Assembly (NCBI RefSeq): GCF_001194135.2
Contig: NC_068987.1
Location: forward strand, 30,503,597 to 30,556,642
DNA from: Octopus bimaculoides
Taxonomy: Eukaryota
DNA length: 53,046 nucleotides
Direction: 5' to 3'
In this document: one piece after another, positions 47,113 to 53,046 of the stretch
Layout of the letters: every line of letters begins with the position of its first letter
Position numbering within the stretch: position 1 is the stretch's first letter
Translations under genes and position numbers: made by a program
Notes under the pieces: model-generated
What the model was told of the DNA's origin: nothing
The model's database searches: none
The model's input: only the letters and a program-made list of their open reading frames with translations

Positions 47113-47182
<70 letters not shown>

Positions 47183-47322
47183 GACAGCTGACTCATTCCA
47201 TCTTTACCCAGCAGAATAAGCTGAGTTTTCATCACATAAAAATAATAATCACATCTTAATGCAATAACAGGCAGTGGCTCGCATGGCTTCTGATCTTAAC
47301 TGATTGGAATTGTTATCATGTA

Positions 47323-48569
47323 CACAATTATGACAGAAGTAAATAGAAACTCCATAGAACATTGTCTTATGCTTATTTTAACTTGGAATGCTTTATATAT
47401 TCTTTATTAATGGACATTTTTATGTTTCAGGTTCAATATGTGACTGTTTAATTATGCCACGCACAAAAGAAGCCTTGGAACTGTCCAAATTTCAAGGAAG
47501 CCGTATTGTGGGTCAATCTGAAGGTGGACTCGGCGTAAAATCGCAAAAAACCTTGGAATCCTGCTTTCTACAGTTAATAGGGTGATTGTGCAATTCATCA
47601 GAGAGGGGAAAGAGTCTACATCATCTTGCCCAGGTTGACCAGGGCCCTCTGGCAGGACCCTATACTTTGTTAAGTGAAATGTAGAGGATAATCCTCATTG
47701 CAAGGCCTCTGACATAGCAGAACAAGTTGATGTCAGTCTCAGAACAGCTGTCAGGTATCTCTACAAACTAAGCTACTATGGCAGAGCAGCTAGTAGGAAG
47801 CTACTTCTTCAACCAGCCAATATCAAGTGGAGAAAAGACTGGGCCAGTGAGATGATGGAGTGGCCGCTAGCATTTTGGGACACAATCATATTCTCTGATG
47901 AGTCCAGATTTACTGTACATTCTGACAGTGGTTGAGTGTGAATCTGGAGACTCTGTGATCAAGAATTTGACATGAAAAGATTGCTGCCAACAATAAAATA
48001 AGGCAGCTATTCTGTGATGGTCTGTGGAGCAATTTGGAGCAATAGTTGATAAGAGCTAGTGGAGTGTGAAGAAAACAAACTCAGATATATGTATCCATAT
48101 TGCAGAAAGTACTCCTTGCAATCTTCTCCGATGGAGAAATAATTAAAGAAGACTATTTATGGAAGATTGGGCTCCTTGTCACACGGCTAAAATGACCCGA
48201 GACTGGTTGGAAAAGAATGGCATTAAAAAACTTCCATGGCCAAGCCAGTCACCAGATATAAACCCTATTGAACATCTCTGGAGCATAATGGACAGGACAC
48301 TTCGTAAAAAGATCAAGAAAGCATCCTCAAAGCCAGATCTTTTGAGATTACTGCATGAAACTTGGCGAGAAATTCTCCAAGAGAATATTCGTCATCTGCT
48401 CTGTAGCTTGCCTTATAGGATCCTTGCATTGAAAAATGCAAAGGGTATGTCTACTAAGTATTAGATATTCACATTATAATAACTAATAGATAATTTGAAT
48501 GAATAATTTCAGATTTAAATAAAATTTTAATGATTATAAGGGTGTCTATTTACTTCTGTCGTGTCTGTG
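47323..48569 (+). mobile_element. Full-length decayed Tc1 (DD34E) transposon, 1247 bp
   Basis: TA TSD; TIRs CACAATTATGACAGAAGTAAATAG / CACAGACACGACAGAAGTAAATAG; ATG at 47454 (MPRTKE); FSDESRF, EDWAPCH and SPDINPIEHLW with 34 residues between D and E; internal stops and frameshifts. Confidence 0.92.
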
Positions 48570-49052
48570 TACAAGTTTTGTCTTGGTATAAAAGATGGGC
48601 TACAACAAATGTTCTGCTTGTCAGTTGCTTGGCCTTAACTATATGTCACTTATTGGTTGATGATATGTGGATGTCTGATCACGAGCAGAAGTAGTGAGGG
48701 ACATCATAACCATGTGTTGAGAAGAATTCTTTGGGGTTTGAATAATTCATCCCTGGAAACATGAGTGTTTCGTTCATTATCCTTAACCAACCCATATTCA
48801 GGGACCTTTTAAGCGGGATGGGCTACTCGATCTGAAGTTAATTCTAATTGGACCCCACCTGTAATGTCATGCGCTGTTTAACTTGATATGAGATCAGTGT
48901 GTCGCACACATATGGTTGTGATTCATATACCTGGTCTGCCCTTACGAGACGGGCTTCGTATATTTGTACTCCAGTGTCACTTTGATGGCATTAAAAAAAA
49001 TAATGGTGGAGGATGGTAGTGAAAGTAATAGTGACGAAAAAGAAGATAAATG

Positions 49053-49098
<46 letters not shown>

Positions 49099-49313
49099 CA
49101 CACGTACTTTAAAAAAAAATCATGTATAACCAACAAACCAAACGGAAATTTTTGATGAAGTGATAGCCTTTTATAACTAAAAAAAAAGCAGATTTATGTA
49201 GAAATTATTATTAAAATATCAGATATCCACACCAATGTGATATTCTCTCTCTTNNNNNNNNNNNNNNNNNNNNNNNNNNNNNNNNNNNNNNNNNNNNNNN
49301 NNNNNNNNNNNNN

Positions 49314-49350
<37 letters not shown>

Positions 49351-50208
49351 TGTGTGTGTGTGTGTGTGTGTCTGTGTGTAAAATGAAATTACATTTCAGA
49401 TAATATCAGACCTTTTAAACCAAAGCACTGTCAATTAACCTCCTGATTGTTACAAGCCAGTTCTATCTTGTTTTCTTGTAACATTCATTTTCCCACGAGA
49501 ACAGTTTTTGCATGTGAATGAATTTATAAAATACAGGGGAGTTTCGACATTACAGAGAACTGAAACAACAGTAATGTCAATTCCTGGCGGGAAATTTTTG
49601 GGGAAGGCCCGAAAGTTTTGGGGGGAGGGGCCAGTCGATTAGATCGACCCTAGTGCGCAACTGGTACTTAATTTATCAATCTCGAAAGGGTGAAAAGCAA
49701 AGTCGACCTCGGTGGAATTTGAACTCAGAACGTAAAGACAGACGAAATACCGCTAAGCATTTCGCCTGTATGCGAGGCTTATGATAATATCAGTTTCTGG
49801 AGTTTGTTAAATGAATATTTCTGATAAAATGAAAATTTCTTAATATACCGGTATAATTTTAAAAAAATTAATAAGTTGGTATGGCTGTTTGGAACGCTAT
49901 AAACCTTACAATAATAACTATGTGATCGCTGCTATTACTAGCACGCTAAACGTAGTTGGGTTACCTTGAAGTTTGTTTAAATTAGAAATATATTACAACT
50001 ACGATAAATTATTGAAAGAAATATTTACTAAATTGAAGTTTGCAGGAAAATTTACTTTCTGAACTTTCTTTTATTATTGAATATTTCAAGTTCACAAATT
50101 TAAATATTCGGTACAAGATTGTTTTTAACGAGCTTTTATTTATACGACTTTTTCATTTCATGTTTATTTCATTCATTCTTTACAGTGTTCTCTCATTTCC
50201 CCTCTGTC

Positions 50209-50230
<22 letters not shown>

Positions 50231-50252
<22 letters not shown>

Positions 50253-50999
50253 ACACATACACACATTATCTCTCTAATATAAATACACACAGATTCCAGG
50301 TTTGATTTTGTTATTACACAAATATCACATTAGAATTTTGCAATTCAGCATTGGGCGTCCAAACAAATATGCGACTGAAAATATCAATGTGAAAATATTA
50401 TCAAGAGGATAGCAGAAAACTGCCCAGAGGGCGATTTTCTGCCTCGTACTTTACTATTAATTATTACTAGCAGGGCCTGTGAATATTTCACGGAATTAAT
50501 GCTAAACCTATTGGGTTATTTCTAAAAACTTTATTTAAAAAAACCTGAAAGCGTAGCCTGTGCTGCGTCTCTAAGGAAAGATAGTCACTCATCTGTTAGT
50601 CATTGAAAAGTGAAGGAAATTGGAATACGATGATTACTTAATGCACTTTATATACTTTATGCACAATTTTATAGACTTAATATACAGCCACAATTTTATA
50701 GACTTAATACACAGCACTCATAAAATAAATATTCACTCTTATTTTTCCATTTTCCCTATAAGCAAAAACAAAAAAAAATATCCCGTACATATGATAAAAC
50801 TTAGTTAAACTAGCAGAAAATCGCCCTCTGGGCAGTTTTCTGCTATCCACTCGATAATATTTTCACATTGATATTTTTAGTCGCATATTTTTTTTTTTTT
50901 GGACGCCCCATGTTGAATTGCAAAATTCTAATGTGATATTAATGTGATAACAAAATCAAACCTGGAGTCCGTGTATATTTATATTAGAGAGATAATGTA

Positions 51000-51034
<35 letters not shown>

Positions 51035-51046
51035 AAGAGAGAGAGA
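50231..51046. repeat. Large inverted repeat, ~210-bp arms ending in microsatellites
   Basis: 50231-50442 is the reverse complement of 50813-51046. Confidence 0.88.
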
Positions 51047-51539
51047 ATCTACAGTGTGACAAGCATTAGAGGACGGTCTTCAGCGTGATTAGAACCCATG
51101 AGTTATGGCTTCTGGTTCCCTTTCCATACCCGTCTAATTTCTGAGGTCCTTCAAATATATCTTGGGTGCAGCTCTTCACCTTCTGACCAAGTCATTAAAA
51201 AATATGATACCATTATAGCTTTAATAAAAAAAAAAGGGAATGACACATTGAGTAATGTAATTATAAGTGCTTCACACGTAGAGGTGCGTGGCTTAGTGGT
51301 TAGGGTGTCAGCATCATGATCGTAAGATTGTGGTTTCAATTCCTGGACCGGGCGACGCGTTGTGTTCATGAGCAAAACACTTCATTTCACGTTGCTCCAG
51401 TCCACTCAGCTGGCAAAAATGAGTAACACACACAAATACGTCAGTTAGTAACGAAACGCCTTCGATCAGAGGACAGCTGGATCAAATCCGACTGGGATGG
51501 GTGTTAAATATAAACAGTCAACAGTATTAATAGCAGCAA

Positions 51540-52390
51540 GACAGCGAACTAGCAGAATCGTTAGTACGCCGGACAAAATGCATAGCAGCATTTCGTCTGT
51601 CTTTTCGTTCTGAGTTCAAATTCCACCGAGGTTGACTTTGCCTTTCATCCTTTCGGGGGTCGATGAAATAAGTATCAGTGGAACACTGGGGTCGATGTAA
51701 TCGACTAACCCCCTTCCCCTCGAAATTTCTGCCCTGTGCCAAAATTTAAAACCGATATTATTGATAGCAGGAAGGCGATGAGCTAGCAGAATCGTTAACA
51801 CGCCGGATAAAATGCTTAGTGGCAATTTTTCCGGCCTTCCGTTCTGCGTACTAATTCTGCTGAGGTCAACTTTGCCTTTCATTCTTTCAGTCGCCTTTCA
51901 CCCTTTCAGCTGAGCACTGGGATCAATGTAATCGACCAGTTTCCGACCTCCAAATCTTTTGAGGCTTGTGTGTAGAAAAGAATATTATCGGATTCAAATT
52001 TTGGTCAGAAATTTCGGTGAGGGGACTAGTCGATTACATCGACACCAATGCATAACTGGTACTTATTTTATCGATTCCGAAAGGATGAAAGGCAAAGTTA
52101 ATCTCGGGGGAATTTGAACTTAGAACGTAAAGACGGTCGAAAGCGCGCTTAGCTTTTACTCAGTTAATGATTCTACCAGCCCGCCGCCTTAAGAAGGAAT
52201 ATTATTGACAGCAGAAAGGAGGCAAGAGGATGAAATGCTTAGCGGCGTTTCTTCTGGTTTTTCGTTCTGAGTTCCAATTCCACTGAGATCGACATTGCTT
52301 TTCATTCCTTTCGGGGTCGATGAAATAAGCACCAGTTAAGCACTGGGGTCAGTGTAATCGACTAATCCTTGCTCTTAAATTTCAAGCGTT
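51540..52390. mobile_element. Cluster of four SINE family B copies (+,+,-,+)
   Basis: Repeated head/body motifs at ~51544, ~51775, ~52000-52192 (minus) and ~52205. Confidence 0.8.
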
Positions 52391-52925
52391 GTGACTAAAG
52401 CAGAAAGTGTATTAATGCTAATAGAACTGCACTTTACATTCTGAGTTCAAGTTAGCCTTCATCCTGCCGGATTCATTAAAATAAAGCATCTGCTAATCAA
52501 CTATTATCAAGATCCCGAATTTGGAACCCCGTACCAATGTTTGGTATCAATTCATTGTGGTTAGAATATATTTCCTCATGGCCAGCTGCACACTTTTTGC
52601 CCACTCCATCTCTTCTCTTGAGATGACTGTTCTTTAGAACTCTACCGTATCAAATATCTATGTAGGTCATAATCATAAAGAAGAAAGCATAGCTTAGTAA
52701 CACTTAAGGTTCTGCTGTTGACCATTTAACCTTGGCTCTTGACTTCTCCGAAGGAAGTGAACCTACAATAAAGAATTAGCTATTGTGAACGAAGTAATAC
52801 ACATAAAATACCAGAAGTGGTGTGATGCATTCTGGGTGTCTTTTTTTTTAAATGTATAATTTGGTTTTTAATTGTTGCAGTTTTTTTAATGTAAGTTTGG
52901 TAAAGAATGGGTAAGAACGAGGAAG

Positions 52926-52958
52926 ATACACACACACACACACACACACACACACGCG

Positions 52959-53015
<57 letters not shown>
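52926..53015 (+). repeat. (CA)n/(CG)n microsatellite
   Basis: Direct reading. Confidence 0.95.
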
Positions 53016-53017
<2 letters not shown>

Positions 53018-53046
53018 GTACACGCATATGTATATACATTAGAGAT

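Noticed and set aside
46849-49155. Poly-Asn, poly-Leu and poly-Asp ORFs (also poly-RE at 29675 and poly-CV at 52780)
   Set aside because: Translations of microsatellites.
51279-51360. tRNA gene (also SINE heads at 5503, 14631, 32867)
   Set aside because: A/B boxes continue directly into SINE bodies and there is no complete cloverleaf.

Overview
Eukaryotic, AT-rich, repeat-dense draft-assembly window with 8 N-gaps. It is most likely an octopus (coleoid cephalopod), judged from SINE families I recognise by eye and have not database-checked. One protein-coding gene dominates: a cGMP-dependent protein kinase (PKG; PRKG1/foraging-like) on the minus strand. I traced 16 consecutive GT-AG coding exons from 42909 down to the stop codon at 9356-9358 (1744 nt). 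All splice phases join into one open frame: CNB-A, CNB-B, the kinase domain and the AGC C-tail ending GWDKDF*. Exons are labelled E2-E17 because the first coding exon (leucine zipper/autoinhibitory region) was not found and probably lies beyond the window. The rest is mobile DNA: three tRNA-derived SINE families, RTE and RLE-type LINE 3' ends, Tc1/mariner and Tigger relics, several MITEs, foldbacks and microsatellites. The best leads are a Penelope-type minimal hammerhead ribozyme motif, a Merlin-like MITE with inverted telomeric arrays, a 60-bp duplication of a kinase exon end with its splice donor, inverted SINEs bracketing an in-frame exon pair, and long intronic hairpins. None is proven to be a new biological system; they are testable hypotheses.
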